A stretch of 64,000 nucleotides of DNA, taken from the NCBI GenBank assembly GCA_965287045.1, contig OZ336885.1:61070001-61134000 (forward strand), given 5' to 3'. The stretch comes from Carcharhinus amblyrhynchos. Its lineage: Eukaryota. Positions 1 through 13,330 of the stretch are shown here, in pieces. Numbering within the stretch: the stretch's first letter is position 1; each line of letters begins with the position of its first letter. The translations under genes and the position numbers were made by a program. The notes under the pieces were generated by a model, which ran no database searches, was not told the DNA's origin, and was given only the letters and a program-made list of their open reading frames with translations.

Positions 1-704
1 TTTAAGACAGTGAACGAACAATGAAAATAGGTTACTAACCCTGGAATCACACAGGGCAGTTTGGTTTCTGTTTTCATATGTTTACGCAACAAACTGAATC
101 TGATTAATTCATTGAGACGATTGAGACCGGTAAATCAACAGGAAAAGGGATATTGAGTGCAATTCAATTGATTGGGATATTCTGAATTGGCACTAATATG
201 TATTTCGGTGACAGGAAAGCATAGATGAGCTATTGAGTTAATACATTTTTCTTGGTGATATTTATGTCATTGTCTGCGTTTTTAAGAGAGTAGAGTTTGA
301 CACAATGACAGCAATACATGGAGAGAAGGGCAAACATTTCAAAATCTTCTGATAGGATAACCTGAGATTCAAGAAGCTGTTGGCATGCTAGTGAGATATT
401 GCAAATGTGTGCACATGAATTGCATACGAAGCAACTGATAGAAATGAAACCATTCCAAAATTGGCCCGTTTAGTATTTTGCATGTACTTGCAATGATACT
501 TTGAAGGTCACATCTCAATCATGCACACTCATTGATCAACAACGTGACGTGTAATGGGAAATGGGACCAAAGGAAAAGTGGTCGCCCAAGAAGCTTCTGA
601 CGATTCTTACTGGGGATTCAACGTGGGCACAGCGTAACACGCAACATCTTGAGTTAAATATAATCGGCTGGCCGTGGTGGTGAAAGGGAACACTTCCAAA
701 AGAC

Positions 705-3610
705 TATACGATATAGAAGCAGAATTAGGTCATTTGGCCAATCGAGTCTTCTCCACCACTCAATAATGGCTCATAGGTTTATCATCCACATTCTCCAGCA
801 TTTTACTAGTGACCCTTGATCCCCTTATTCATCAACTACCTATCTATCTCTGCCTTAACTGGACTCACTGAACTACCCTCTATTGTCCTCTGTGATTTTC
901 ACAAATTTAGCTGAAGAAATTCCTCCTCACCTGAGTTTTAAAAGTGTGTCGCTTCACTCTGAGTTCTAGTCTCTCTCAGTAGTGGAACATCCTTTTCACG
1001 TCCATGTTATCTTTGCCCATGAGTATTCTCTAAGGTTCAGTTAGATCCCCCTGATCCTTCTAAATTCGATTGAGTATAGAAACAGCTTAATCAACCACAT
1101 CACATTTGACAAATGCTTAAGGCCTGTCATCATTGTCGTGAACCTCCTATGCACCCACTTCAAGACCAAATGATCCTTCCTTAAATATTTAAAGGACATA
1201 AAACTGCTCACAGTATTCCAAAACAGGTTGGGTCAAAACCCTACATAACCTCAGCAGCAGATCCTTGCTCTTACATTCCACTCTCTAGAAATGAATGTTA
1301 GCATTGAATTTGCCTCCCTGTCAGCTGATCCTTGAGGTTCATATTAATTCCTGATCCAAGACTGCCTAGTCCCTTTGTGCCTTAGATTTCTGAAGCGTTT
1401 GCCCATTTAGAAAATAGTCTAAGCCTCTATTCATCCTGCAATCGCATAAAACAACATTTTCCTACATTTTATTCCTGTTTGCTCAGGTTCTTTTCCTGTC
1501 CATGTCGTTCTGCAGCCGGCCACCTTCTCAACAGTATATTTCCCTCGACATATCTTGGGCTGAACCGCAAATTTAGCAACTGTGTCCTCAGTTCCATGTT
1601 CCGGATCATTAATGTATGTAATGAAAAATTGTGGTGCTAACACTGACCCATACGGAACACCACTAACCATCGGTTGCCATCCTGAAATGGACCCTCTTAT
1701 CCCCACTGTCTATGCTATATCTGTCAGCCAATCTTCCACCCATGCCCGTAGACTGCCTCTCACAACATTGACTATTAACTTATTCCGCAGCCTTATGCCA
1801 TCTTGTCAAGACTTTCTGGAAATCCAAATAAATCACGTCAACTGGCTCTCCTTTGTTTACATTCTTCGTTACCTGTTGACATAATTACATCAGATTTGTC
1901 AGACTTGATCCCGCTTAACGAGGCCATGCTTGCCCAGCCCTATTTTGCTATGCATTTGCAATTACTCGATAACTTCATCCTTAATAACAGACTTCCAGAT
2001 GTTACCCACGACGGAGATCAGGATAAATGGCCTGTAATTTGCATTTTTTTTGCCTTCCCACATATTCAACAGGGGTTACTTTGGCCTTTTCCTAGTGCTT
2101 TATGCCTTCCCTGACTCGAGAGATGCGCAAAATACCACCACGAATATCTCCACAATCTTCTTAGCTATCTGCTTCAGAATCCTGGGGTCTAATCCATCCG
2201 ATTCCAATGACTTATCTACCTTCAGACCTCTCAGCTTCCTAAGCAGCCTCTCCTTAGTAAGGACAATTACGTTCACCTCAACCCCCCATTCTCTTGAAGT
2301 TCTGGCATATTGCATGTCTACCACCGTGATTTATCCACCTTCAGACCTTTCAGCTTCCCAAGCAGCTTCTCCACAGTGAGGAACATTGCGTTTATACCCT
2401 GATTCTTTTGAAGTACTGGCATGTTACTGGCGTCTTCCTCCGTGAAGATTGATGCAAATTACCCATTCAGTTCCTCCACTATTTAATTGCCCCATTCCTA
2501 CTTCTCTGGCCCAATGTCCATTTTTAATTTTCTCTTACTTTTTCTTTATATTTCTAAAACAAACTATTGCAATCTTTTATATTATAACTGCATTAACCTC
2601 ATATTTTGTCTTCTCCACCCTTTTTTTTTTAATTGGCCTTTTCTTTCTTTTAAAGGCTTCCCAATCGTTTGGCTTACCTGTATTCCCAAAATCACGGTGT
2701 GCTCTTTCCTTTTCTTTTCGGCTACTCCCGACTTCTCGTGTCAGCCGTGGTTGTCTCGGCTTGCCCTGAACATGCATCCCCTTCCTTGGAATAAATTAAT
2801 GCCGTGCCCTTTGAATTATTCTCAACAAGCTTCTGCCAGGTTTGTTCCTCAGTAATTACTACTAGGCTCCTTTTTCAACCAAATATGTCCAACTTCTCCC
2901 TCATGATATTGTGCTTTCCGTAACTCGATTGTTGCACCGTTATATCCGATTCCATCTCTCCCTCTCAAACTTCAAAGTGAATCCTTTTAATATTTTGTTC
3001 ACTGTCCCTTAGAGGTTTCTTCACCTTAAGTTCCCTGATCAAATCTGCCTCATTACACATCAGCGGAGTTCCCACGTGAACTCTAGGACAAGCTGTTCCA
3101 AAAATCCATCCAGTAGGCATTACGTAAATTCTTTATCTTCGGGTCTGCTACCGAACTGATTTTAACAGTCCACCTGCACATCGAAGACCAATGATTACTG
3201 TAATATTGCCTTTCTTACATGTCTTTTCTATATCCTGATTTATTTGCCGTCTGACATTCTGACTACTGCTAGGGATCTGTATAAATCCCATCAGCTTATT
3301 TTTCACTTTGTGATTCTTCACCTCCATCCACACAGATTCTACACCTGCCGACACTGTGTCACTTGGTGCAAATGATTGAGTTCCATCTCATGTCAACACA
3401 GAAATCTGGCTCCTTCCGATCTGCCTGTCGTTTCCATGGGGCACAGACCTTTGGATATTCAGATCCCGCCTCTGATTCCCTTGCAGTCAAGTCTCCGTGA
3501 TACGCATAACATCGTATATTCTAATTGCAATGTGTTTTTGCACCTCATTTGTACTCTTCAGCGTGTATTTTTGTGCAGCACCCACACATGCAGTGTTGGC
3601 TGCCGCCCTT
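705..3610 (-). mobile_element. Old degenerate CR1 LINE (ORF2 EN+RT remnants to 3' UTR)
   Basis: Minus ORFs carry decayed CR1 motifs: SGVPYGSVLAPQFFITYIND..AKFA, LKVDKSLESDGLDPRILKQIA, VESVWMEVKNHK. Many stops and frameshifts; ends approximate. Confidence 0.85.
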
Positions 3611-3859
3611 CCTTCTATCTATAATCTCTACTCTGTGACTAATTATGGAAACTTGACTAATCCCATGGGGTCTCGTCCCCCATTAATTAGATTTCAGCCC
3701 TTGTGACTTACCTATTTAGCCTTTCCAATAGGGTCCCTGTCTCAAATCGGTTCTGAGGAGAACATCCCACTGATGTCGGTGTTCAAGAAATGGAATGTAT
3801 CTTTCCCACACCACTACTTTAGCATCCTATTTCCCTCCCCGCTATGTCTCTTTGGGAGT

Positions 3860-4317
3860 GGGAAGAAAATAGTTCAGGTTGTCAACATTGCAATATGTGA
3901 ACCCTGTCCAACCATGGAAAAAACAATAAAAATAAAGCCATCACCAGATTCCTGTCCAAGGACCTTGGGAACTGATACAGATTGTTGTTATTGTTCCGTT
4001 AGGCCAATGAAAGAGAAAGAGATGTTGCTGAGTTATTATGGATCATTCTATCAGGTGCGTGAATGTATTCTATATCAAATATCACGCTGCTTGAAAAAAT
4101 TACAGAGAAGCGAAAAGCATGACAATTGCATGAGGATGCAGGATCCTAGGGCACGTTAGAAAATTGAGCGAACAATTTGAATAAGAAAATAGTTAGAGTC
4201 TAATGGGTAATGCGGGATCTGTACAGCGGTCAGCAAGTTGAAAAAAAAATGGGCTCATATGGGAGATCCAGTAAAAATTGGATCGGATTGCAGTGTTCTC
4301 CAACTGTGATGCCATTG
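3860..4317 (+). mobile_element. Degenerate LTR-retroelement integrase fragment
   Basis: Manual translation QIPVQGPWELIQIVVIVPL...VIMDHSIRCVNVF matches the integrase core pattern GPWxxLQIDFIGPLP...LVIMDxFTKWVEAFP. Contains stops and is cut by the young CR1. Confidence 0.6.
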
Positions 4318-4888
4318 GCCACGCAGCTGGAGTACTGTGCGCAGTTTTGGGCACCGCACCTGCGCAAAGATATTTTGGCCTTGGAGGGAGTGCAGAGGAG
4401 GTTTACTAGGCTGATACCGGAGTTGAGGGGGTTGAGCTATGAGGAGAGGCTGAATAAACTGGGCTTGTACTCGTTAGAGTTTAGAAGAATGAGGGGAGAT
4501 CTCATTGAGACGTATAAGATGATGAATGGGATGGATAGGATAGAGGTGGAGAGACTCTTCCCGCTCAAAAAAGACAGTAGGACTAGGGGGCACAGCCTCA
4601 AGATAAAAGGGGGGCGGTTTAGAACGGAGTTGAGGAGGAACTTCTTCACTCAAAGGGTGGTGAATCTCTGGAATTCTCTGCCCGTTGAAGTGGTGGGGGC
4701 TGCCTCGCTAAATATTTTTAAGACGCGGGTTGATAGGTTTTTGATAAGAGAGGGGATTAAGGGTTATGGGGAGAGGGTGGGAAAGTGGAACTGAGCAGCG
4801 ACAGATCAGCCATGATCTTATTGAATGGCGGGGCAGGCTCGAAGGGCTAGATGGCCTACTCCTGCTCCTATTTCTTATGTTCTTATGT
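4318..4888 (+). mobile_element. Young CR1 LINE 3' fragment (5'-truncated)
   Basis: Open frame QLEYCAQFWAPHLRKDILALEGVQRRFTRLIP...RRNFFTQRVVNLWNSLP, followed by 3' UTR ending TTTCTTATGTTCTTATGT. Confidence 0.97.
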
Positions 4889-6376
4889 ACGACATGTGAT
4901 ATAATCGTGCTTGCAATTACAAGAACATGAAATGTGTCGAAGTACTATACTCCGTTAAAAATGTATGAGGGCATTAACGAGCATGACGACCAACGACTTG
5001 TGTGGATGCACATTAATGTTTTCACAGGTTTCTTTTTACTCCAATGATGGTGCAGGAATTGTGTAAGTCACCTTCCTCCTACGAGGGCCGAACAGAGAAT
5101 TAGATAAATAAGCCCAATATCTGCCCCGAGAAAGACCAATCATGTCAAACTGAATATTTGAAACAGGTTGTGGATAGTCTGAACTGGGACTCTGGGATGA
5201 AAAAATATTTACAGACGGCAACTTGTGTATGGAAAAACGATTCAATTAATTGATTTATCTTAACATGTATTCATTGTCACGTAACCTGTATTTTGAGGGT
5301 CTATACTGTCAATAACGAAGCAAGCGTATAACATGCGGAGACTTGATTGTAGAGATATTAAATGTTACCAACTGAGCACCTGTGTATGTCAAAAAAAATC
5401 CTATGCTCAAACGTGTTGAGTCCCCTAGAACGGTTAGTTAGGACTGGGAAAGTTAAATTTTACTACATTACGGGACAACCGCATCTCTAGGCGTAATCTA
5501 CAACGTTTTGGGCTATTAGCAATATTATATTTGAACATGCCACGAACGCATAGGCATTTATTGGGCCGAGGTGCTGCTGGAGGAAATCATTAATGATAAC
5601 ACTTACATAATTGCCCTGGACAGTGAATACGGGATAATGTGGCATAGTTGGGCATATCAGCGAACTGTTTGGAGTACAAACTCGGTACTTAATTCAGTAC
5701 AATTATCTGAAGGAGTAGATATTCATCCTGGGTTGCCAAAGATGTTGAAAAGACAGTACAATATGGTGCCTAAGTAAGAGTATGCACTCACCTTAATAGA
5801 CATGCAGGAACCCCCAGAAACATTTAATTGCATATTTGGTTAAGTAGTTAAGACAAAAGATAGGCGTATAATAATTTTGCCAGAGATATGACAGGTGAAG
5901 TTAAGTCTGATATTGATGATTTGAGTTTCGGAACAATTCCCTTGAAATTTAATTATCTACCGACAAAACAAAAAGTCTCAACTTTCGCGGTACAGAATTG
6001 AATTTCTAGTCACTCAAACAAGAACAGCAACAATATAAGGCAAGATTTGGGGATATGCTATAAAAATTGAGGAACAGCAGAAGTCTCTTTGTCATCGAAT
6101 GGAAAAGTTGAAAAGCCAGGATTTAATTGGCAAATACGTATGCCAATGAATGAGGTGAAAAATCGTTTGTTCCTGATGTGTTGTAATTGACTATGATTTT
6201 TTTTTCTCTCTATAATGTCAGAATCACTCCAGTCTTTTTTTATGTCTTGGAGGGGAGTTCTCCTTCTGCAGAAGTTATTAAAGTCATTTCAATGGATGCA
6301 CGGCATCTTGCGCTGTTTGTATTAAGAGTCAAATGAGTGCCTAACGTTACTGATACCCAAGGTCCATAACAGTTTT

Positions 6377-6394
6377 TGGAGGTTCCGCCGAGAT
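6377..6394 (+). promoter_or_regulatory. Primer binding site, tRNA-Gln
   Basis: TGGAGGTTCCGCCGAGAT, one mismatch to the Gln PBS TGGAGGTTCCACCGAGAT, 5 nt after the LTR-terminal CA. Confidence 0.85.
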
Positions 6395-7552
6395 TGCGCA
6401 TCTCTAGGTTATGAACATGGGAAGGAAGCCTGGTTTCTCGCTGGCAAATAACTCAGGGAAAGCGGCTGCCTGATTTTGAGCATTGAGTCATCGTGAGTGG
6501 GGTAACGCACATGCTGACCTGGGTAAACATTACCGAGATACGCAACGGGGGTTCAATCAGCCTGGGTGATACATATGAGTTGGGGATCGGACTCCGTGCG
6601 TAGGCAGTGTTTTATCGGTGTTCCAGTCCCCGTGAGTGCTTATCTTGATTAATGCAGTCCCGATTTGATTGATTATCGCATGCCAAATTCATTCATATCT
6701 CTTTGTTGCTGCGACACCATTTTCTGCCACACGACAGCGCTCTGGACCAGCTGATTTCACTTTGATAGAATCGTGTCTTAACCATTCATTAGCCTTTTTG
6801 TTAATTAGTCTAAACACCTGTTCGATGTTTGTCAGGTTTTTTCTATGTCTGTGTGGAACCGTATCCCACGCCGGCTGACAGGATAGAGCACGTCCCCTCT
6901 TTGACCATGGAAAATTCCTTATATCCCTTAGTTCGTTTTTAAGGGTTTTCTTACAGTCTGAACTCTAAATGCACATTTGCACTGGATGCAGAACAGGGTA
7001 CAGGAACCTGCTAAGGATGCATTATATAGTGAAATGTTTCTCGGTGTTCATGAATTTTTTTGGGGTGTTTTTGAAAACGATGGAATGTCATCGCCTTTAT
7101 GTACCCTTGTACTGAGTTTGCATCCTGATCTGAAGAAAATGTTTCGAATGACTTGGGTTGGGCTGGAGGGAAGACAGAACCTACCCAAGCTTGTTAGTGC
7201 TCTCCGGCATTGGGAACATCAGTTCCAATACCAGAAGTCAAAGTCAAGAAGTAAGGTTACAGATAATGTATGTAATGTTGGCCAGCTAGGGCGGAGATGG
7301 AGTCCGTGTGCTGGGTATAGGGCAATCAGCTGGCCGAGGCAGTGACGCAACTGCCTGATTCACCTGCAGTCTTCAGGGACACTGGTCCCGAGATTGTAGT
7401 CGGAGACGTTCGGCCGTACCATCCCACCCTCCGCCACCACTTGCACCCCCAACAACTCCCTGTGCGATTCATTTAGTCATAAATGTCAATGCATGTGTCT
7501 GCTGCTTAAGATAGAATTTACTTGCATAATTACCCTACGCAATATTATTCAT

Positions 7553-7862
7553 AGATTCCCTATAAGACTCTAGCGAGGCCATTCAACCCACGTCCAGCAC
7601 TGACCACATTCCCATTCATGCTGTGTCCCCCCACATATTTACCCTGCTGGTCCCCCTGCCAATAAATGGACAATTCGGCTCGCCGATCCACCTAAATCAC
7701 ACATCGTTAGACTGTGAGAAGGAACTACAGCACCCGGAGGAGACCCGTATAGACGCACGGAGAGAACATGTAAACTCCATACAAGCAGTGATCCGCCGAC
7801 GTAATTGAATCCATAACTCTTGCACTGTGAGGCAGCAGTGCTAACCACTGCGCCACATTGGC
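7553..7862 (-). mobile_element. tRNA-derived SINE (HE1/V-SINE-like) inserted in the ERV
   Basis: Minus strand GGCGCAGTGGTTAGCACTGCTGCCTCACAG head, core ...GGAGTTTACATGTTCTCTCCGTGCGTCT..., and a CR1-like tail. Confidence 0.85.
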
Positions 7863-9839
7863 GGCCCTGCTCCTATCCCCGTAATATGATGTTTTGTTTG
7901 TTTGTTTTGCTTTTCTTGACCTTGTGAAGTGTTTTGCTTTTCTTGACCTGGTGAAGCTTCAGTTTTGTTGTGCAATTTCAATTTAACTTTTAGTGCTTAG
8001 TTTTGTTTGCACCCGAGTCAATGGCAGTTTCTCTGAGGTCAATTAGTGCATGCGTATTTGTTGAACATCTTAGAAATATTTGAATGAAAAATTGCGTCTG
8101 CAATGTTTAACTGTCGAGCGAACACAAGGTGTTTATTTTTGTCAACCTGTATCGACGATGCCGTTATCGATATCAATATTGTTTTGGATGTTAAGTTCTA
8201 TTTTCCAGCGTCCCTGCCAGCGACGTCTGTCTGTCTTTTCGCAGCAATTTCTCTGTCGGGTTGACGAAATTGTAAATTAATACAGCTGGTAATTTACTTT
8301 GTTGCTTACATTTATTCTTGAATTTTGCGTATGCAACGTTATCTTTCTTATTGCTTCATGTGTGAACATCTCATGTATGAACTGATGTTTCTAAGTGTTG
8401 TTACATAAACAACATGCATTAATGATTACAGTACATATATATATATACAAAAAAAATCTGCAGCCATTTGGGGGCGGGCATTTGTGATACGTTTCATCGA
8501 TTGCAATTTTTACTTGCATAGCATATTGAGAGTTGTATTTAATATGTGATCAACTGACTTTTTCGTAACCCATAACATTGGTTCAAACATTGTTGGGAAC
8601 CTCAATGCTCATTGCTGTCTTTAGCATGTATTTTAATATCTGTGAAGATATACGTATTCTGTGATGGAAATGGTGATAGGAAGTTTGAATTCAACCCCAA
8701 CATCTTGCCAAATATTTCGAGGGAGAAAACATTCCCCTGTGATAATCGTAAACTATTGCTTCTTAGCACTGGTTGATATGGAAGTTAAACACTTACAGTA
8801 CTACAGTTTGACATCGCTATGGTCCAATCAGCTGATCATGTAAAGTATGAACCTTACAGAGAAACTTAAATTTATACTTTTACTCATATCAAATGTAAAA
8901 AAAACGTTCCTACACCATGACAAGCGAAGCACTTCGTTGGATATAAAATAGCTGGAGCTATTCAGTAGGCTTAAAATGTACAACAATGAAAGTGAGGGAG
9001 CGATCTGTCTCTTGTCATTTGCTTACAATGAGCGATTTCGGATTTGCTGCTCATTTTACACACCTCTCAGAAAGCCAGCAGAGTGTTGTAACCTTGATTT
9101 TTACAATATTGCAATAAATTAATTTCACTGATTCTGGGGGTTTAATTTAGGGAATTTTCCACAGCCTTGTTGCTGTTTAAAACATAGATAAATTGTGTCA
9201 CATAGCAAGTAGATTGAGCTATATAGTTTTGAAGAGTGAAAAACAAAATACTGCCATTAGCGTAGTCTGCGTTAACCCTAATTGCCGACGTTCTTGAGAT
9301 CAGCCACTGTCCACAACAAAAGCTCTGTGGTGTTGCTTGGAACCAACTATAGCTGCCATAATGTTTATTAGGCTGCGTCAGAAGTTCACAGTGGCTTCCT
9401 ATTGTTCCACAGATTCAATCAAATGTAGACATATGTATAGGCGTTGATTCCCAGCTATGGTGGAATTAGACATCCCCTCCAGGGCCTCACCGTCTACTGA
9501 GCCACTGACAACGCACTCTGGGAGTCTCATTCGGAGGCCACCGTGGCCTCTGCAGCTGTATTAGTGCTACTAGACTACAATATTAACCTTTTATGTACAC
9601 AAGTGAAATAGGATGTCCCAAGCTGTATCCACCCACACTCACGGGATGGGATCCTAATACAGCACATCTGCCTTGACTTCCCCACATGTTACATGAGATT
9701 GCCATGTGGGCAATAAAGAACAAAGAATAAAGAAAATTACAACACAGGAATAGACCCTTCAAAGTTCCAAGCCTGCGCGGACAATACTGCCCGAATGTAA
9801 CAGTAATCAGGATAATGAAGCAATAGTAGTTTGGACCAG

Positions 9840-10710
9840 GATTTGTCACCATGACATGAAACATTGCTGATCAATGCCTACTCTGCCAAAGCCATAACAC
9901 AGGAAGGGCACTGTCAGTGAACGTAGCAGCAGACCCAAAACCGTGTTTTTTTTTGTGCAGCTACAACTTGACTTTATACAAATGCCCAAACCTGTGGGGT
10001 ACAGCGGGGTGCTTGTTTTTATAATTATTTTCAGAATTGTTCAAATCATACCCAACTAGAAGGAATGACGCGGTTACTCTAGCTAAGTTACTGTTACATG
10101 AATATGTTCTTGCATTCGGGAATCCCAAAACAGTATCCCCCCAACCCCCTTTACGGGAAAAGTGATGCAGCAATTATTGAAAACATTACAATGCAGACAC
10201 CGTCTCCCCTGCCCTGCTGTCCCAAGTCTACGATTGCAGCTGAGAGGCAGAACGGCATACTAAAGAATAAACTGGCCAAATTGTTTGAGGAAACATGCTT
10301 GAAGTCGCCTGAAACCTTCTTCCTGGCCAACGTGGTCATGCGCTGGCACCCTTACTGTACCATCTCGTTGACACCTTACGAATTGTAATGGGACGCCTAA
10401 TGCTCCTGTCTGCCCAGTCCTCAGTATTACATCGATGATATCTAATCCCTGGATGACACAATGATGCATTATTGCATAGCTCTAATTCAACTTTCTTAAA
10501 AGGTTGCACTGCACGTCCGTGAACCTTAGAAAGTAGTCACCAGTAATAACTCCCATAGCCACCGACCAGGAAAACTAATCTTAGTTAGGCCCTTCTTAAT
10601 AAAGCATTGTCTGGAAGCTCTGTGGGAGAGTCTTACATCGCCCTGCTGACAACTCACACAGCTGTGAAGTTGGAAAGGAAATCTTTGTGTGCGCATGCAA
10701 CCCCCCCGAA
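9840..10710 (+). pseudogene. ERV integrase remnant
   Basis: CxxC..HN motif, LQLDFIQMP, AERQNGILKNKLAKL..LTPYEL and TTHTAVKLE, spread across frameshifts and stops. Confidence 0.85.
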
Positions 10711-10744
10711 AAAAAAACTTAAAACAGGAGTTGGTACTGTTTGA

Positions 10745-10900
10745 AATGTGGATTTATTTTATTATCATTAGCGTACTGACCTTAGCAGATGCAGAGATTC
10801 GTAATTCCATGATTCAAAGAGTGCATGATATCACTTCACAGAGCAACCAGACCCAGTGCTGGATCTATACCCACCACCTTGCCACCCGCATCTAATCAAA
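10745..10900 (+). pseudogene. ERV env N-terminal remnant
   Basis: Hydrophobic signal MWIYFIIISVLTLADA followed by NQTQCWIYTH (decayed CWIC motif), directly after integrase. Most of env is missing before the 3' LTR. Confidence 0.65.
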
Positions 10901-11456
10901 ATGCAAGTTTTGCTCTTCCCTCAAACTTTGAATGTTCTGCAGAAACTATGGTGATCCTCATTCAACGGGCATCAGCTGGAGGCAAAAGTTTACCCCTCTG
11001 GCCATTAATGTACCAGCATCGTTGTGTTAGGATGAATTATACTCTTGTGACATTTCCATGGGCAAAGTCAGATCAACTCCAGTCGTTTTGATGACTTGGA
11101 GTGGGTTTCTCCTTGTGCAAAGTTAATTAAAGGCCTTGCATTGGATGCGTTGCGTCTAGCGCTGTTGATATGAAGAAACGACGAAGTGCGCCTAACGTTG
11201 CTGGTACCCATAATCTCTGACAAGATATTTATGGTAAGCTAATATTCGAATCAAGCCATAGGGTTAGAAGAAGGGGGCTGGATTCCCCAAGGTGAATTCA
11301 AAAGCATACCTTAACTATTAGGAGCACCTGGCATAAATGAGGACGACAGAATGCTGTTCAAAATCAAAGCATGACGTCGTGTGTGCTTGCCGGACTTTGG
11401 ACCCTCCAGGGAACGTTGATAACTTATATTGAAACATGCATATAAATCAGTGCAGT

Positions 11457-11502
11457 TGGTGGTGGTGGTGGTGGTGGTGAGGGGGGGAGGGGGTGGTGGT
11501 GG
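11457..11502 (+). repeat. (GGT)n / G-rich simple repeat
   Basis: Visible GGT tandem run with a G tract. Confidence 0.9.
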
Positions 11503-11814
11503 TTAATGTAGTGATCAATTCAAAGGCCGACATGAAAGTTCGCAAAAAGAAACGGGAACATGTCCAAGGTGAGAGGAAAATGAAAACAGGAAAAGCCACG
11601 ATACAGATATTAAGTAGACGTGGCAACAAGTGGTTAGAGTCGGTGAAGTAGGCTTCCATGTCGGTGATCTTTCAGCTTATCTGAAAAGAAAAGTTGAAAG
11701 AAATTCAGAAGCATAACAAATCTTGTAAAACAGGAATTGCCGAAAGAACGGCGATGTCAATGATAGCCTTGGGGTTAGAATGGACAGTAAGACGTTTCAA
11801 AACATCAGGTTACA

Positions 11815-12208
11815 GTTTAGCAGGTTTATTTGATAGCACAAGCCACAAGCTGTCAGAGCGCTGCTCCTTCATCGGGTGAGTGGGAGTTCTGTTCACAAGC
11901 AGGACATAGAACGACAAAAAATTCAGTTTACAAAATAATGATTGGAATGCGAATCTTTACAGGTAATCAAGTCTTAAAGGTGCAAGTTACTTGAGTGGAG
12001 AGAGGGTTAAGCGCAGTAAACGAGATGTATATTCTCTCCAGTCATGTCAGTTAGTGAGATTTTGCAAGCCCAGACAAGAGCTACAGATAATGTGACATGA
12101 ACGCAAGATCCCAGTAGAGGTCATCCTCATGAGTGTGGAACTTGGCTATCAGTTTCGGCTCAGCGATTCTGCATTGTGGTGTGTCGTGAAGGCCGCTTTG
12201 GAGAATCC
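11815..12208 (-). mobile_element. Penelope-like element 3' end (GIY-YIG C-terminus + pLTR)
   Basis: Minus translation ILQSGLHDTPQCRIAEPKLIAKFHTHEDDLYWDLAFMSH resembles the Penelope endonuclease tail (..EQKLIxKFxT..xGLN.DxGFMSHY). Confidence 0.75.
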
Positions 12209-12889
12209 ACAACACACGACAAAGCTCTAAGCCTGGCATTGTGCTCACGCAATGAATGCAATTGATATTTTTGGTGTTCAGACAACTGTATAATGAAGTC
12301 AGGCTTTATAATATTCAGCCGGTTTAAATCTTCACGCGATTTAAATTTGAGTACATAGGTCCATCACGTTGTCGTCAACTTTAATATATGCAAGGAACAA
12401 TTAAACATATTAAGCTGTCTTGTCTGTATATTTATTTTTATTATCAGTCAATTTACACATACGTTGTAATGGAATTCGACATTATGCTCCAAAGCGTAAG
12501 ATGTTTAATTCGATTGCAAAAATGAATTCAGATGGAATGCACCTTTTTGATTCACCGTGGTAGAACTATTAATCATTGTCATGATGGTCAAGCTACAGCT
12601 ATGGGACCGTCAAAGTGATCAGTGCTAAGAGCTCAGCATTTATTGCTTGGTTTCTGGCAAATCGAAGAAAGCTTCTATTCTATTCTATGACTGAGCAAAC
12701 TTTGAAAGGTAGTGTACTACCAAAACAACAGTGTCCGTAATATTTGAAGGGATGTGGTCATGTTAATTGGTCAAGCAATTCATGCTACTATGCAGAGGGA
12801 TTTTAGTTTGCATGCAAATGAATCCTCTCTCGAATTTCCTCCCCCCAGGAATGTTAATGGCAGAAACCTCACGATAGCGCCAAGTAAAA

Positions 12890-13330
12890 ACGAACTTTGG
12901 TCATCAGCGTGTTGAGATCACTCAAGATGTCAAAACAGGTGAAGAAAACTGGAAGTGAAGCATATAGTATTAGATGTTTACTACAAGGGGCATACAGTGA
13001 AAGCACAAATCGCTCATGCAAACTTTATAGGGAACAGCCGTTGCCACTCAGCTGGAATAATGCGCCAATTCTGGGTGGCCCGTTAGAGGAAGGATGTAAA
13101 GATATTGATGTGATGTCTTTGTTGCGCATTTTCTCCTCGGAAAAAATACGGCAAATAGGAGATGTGCGTGGAATTTAAAAGTCATGAGTTAGGTAGCCAT
13201 AGTACATAGGTGATGATGTTCCCCTCGCAAATAATCAAACTCAGGAACTCATTGATTTTCAAAGAATACAAACGTTGTATGAGAAAAACAATCTTGTTGG
13301 ATAACGACGAACTCGATTCAAAAATACGCT
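12890..13330 (+). mobile_element. Very old CR1 RT C-terminal remnant
   Basis: Decayed similarity (SKQVKK...AYSIRC...KLYR...WNNAPILGG) to the CR1 C-terminal region seen intact elsewhere in this window. Confidence 0.5.

Larger units (their letters stand above)
6217..11222 (+). mobile_element. Old endogenous retrovirus (class I / gamma-epsilon-like), LTR-PBS(Gln)-gag-pol-env(partial)-LTR
   Basis: Alignable LTR copies at about 6217-6371 and 11067-11222, both ending CA. PBS TGGAGGTTCCGCCGAGAT; gag zinc knuckle *FTCSLQGHWSRDC near 7360-7400; integrase CLLCQSHNTG, LQLDFIQMP, YPTRRNDAVTLAKLL, AERQNGILKNKLAKL; env start MWIYFIIISVLTLADA...NQTQCWIY. True LTR 5' starts are uncertain. Confidence 0.85.
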
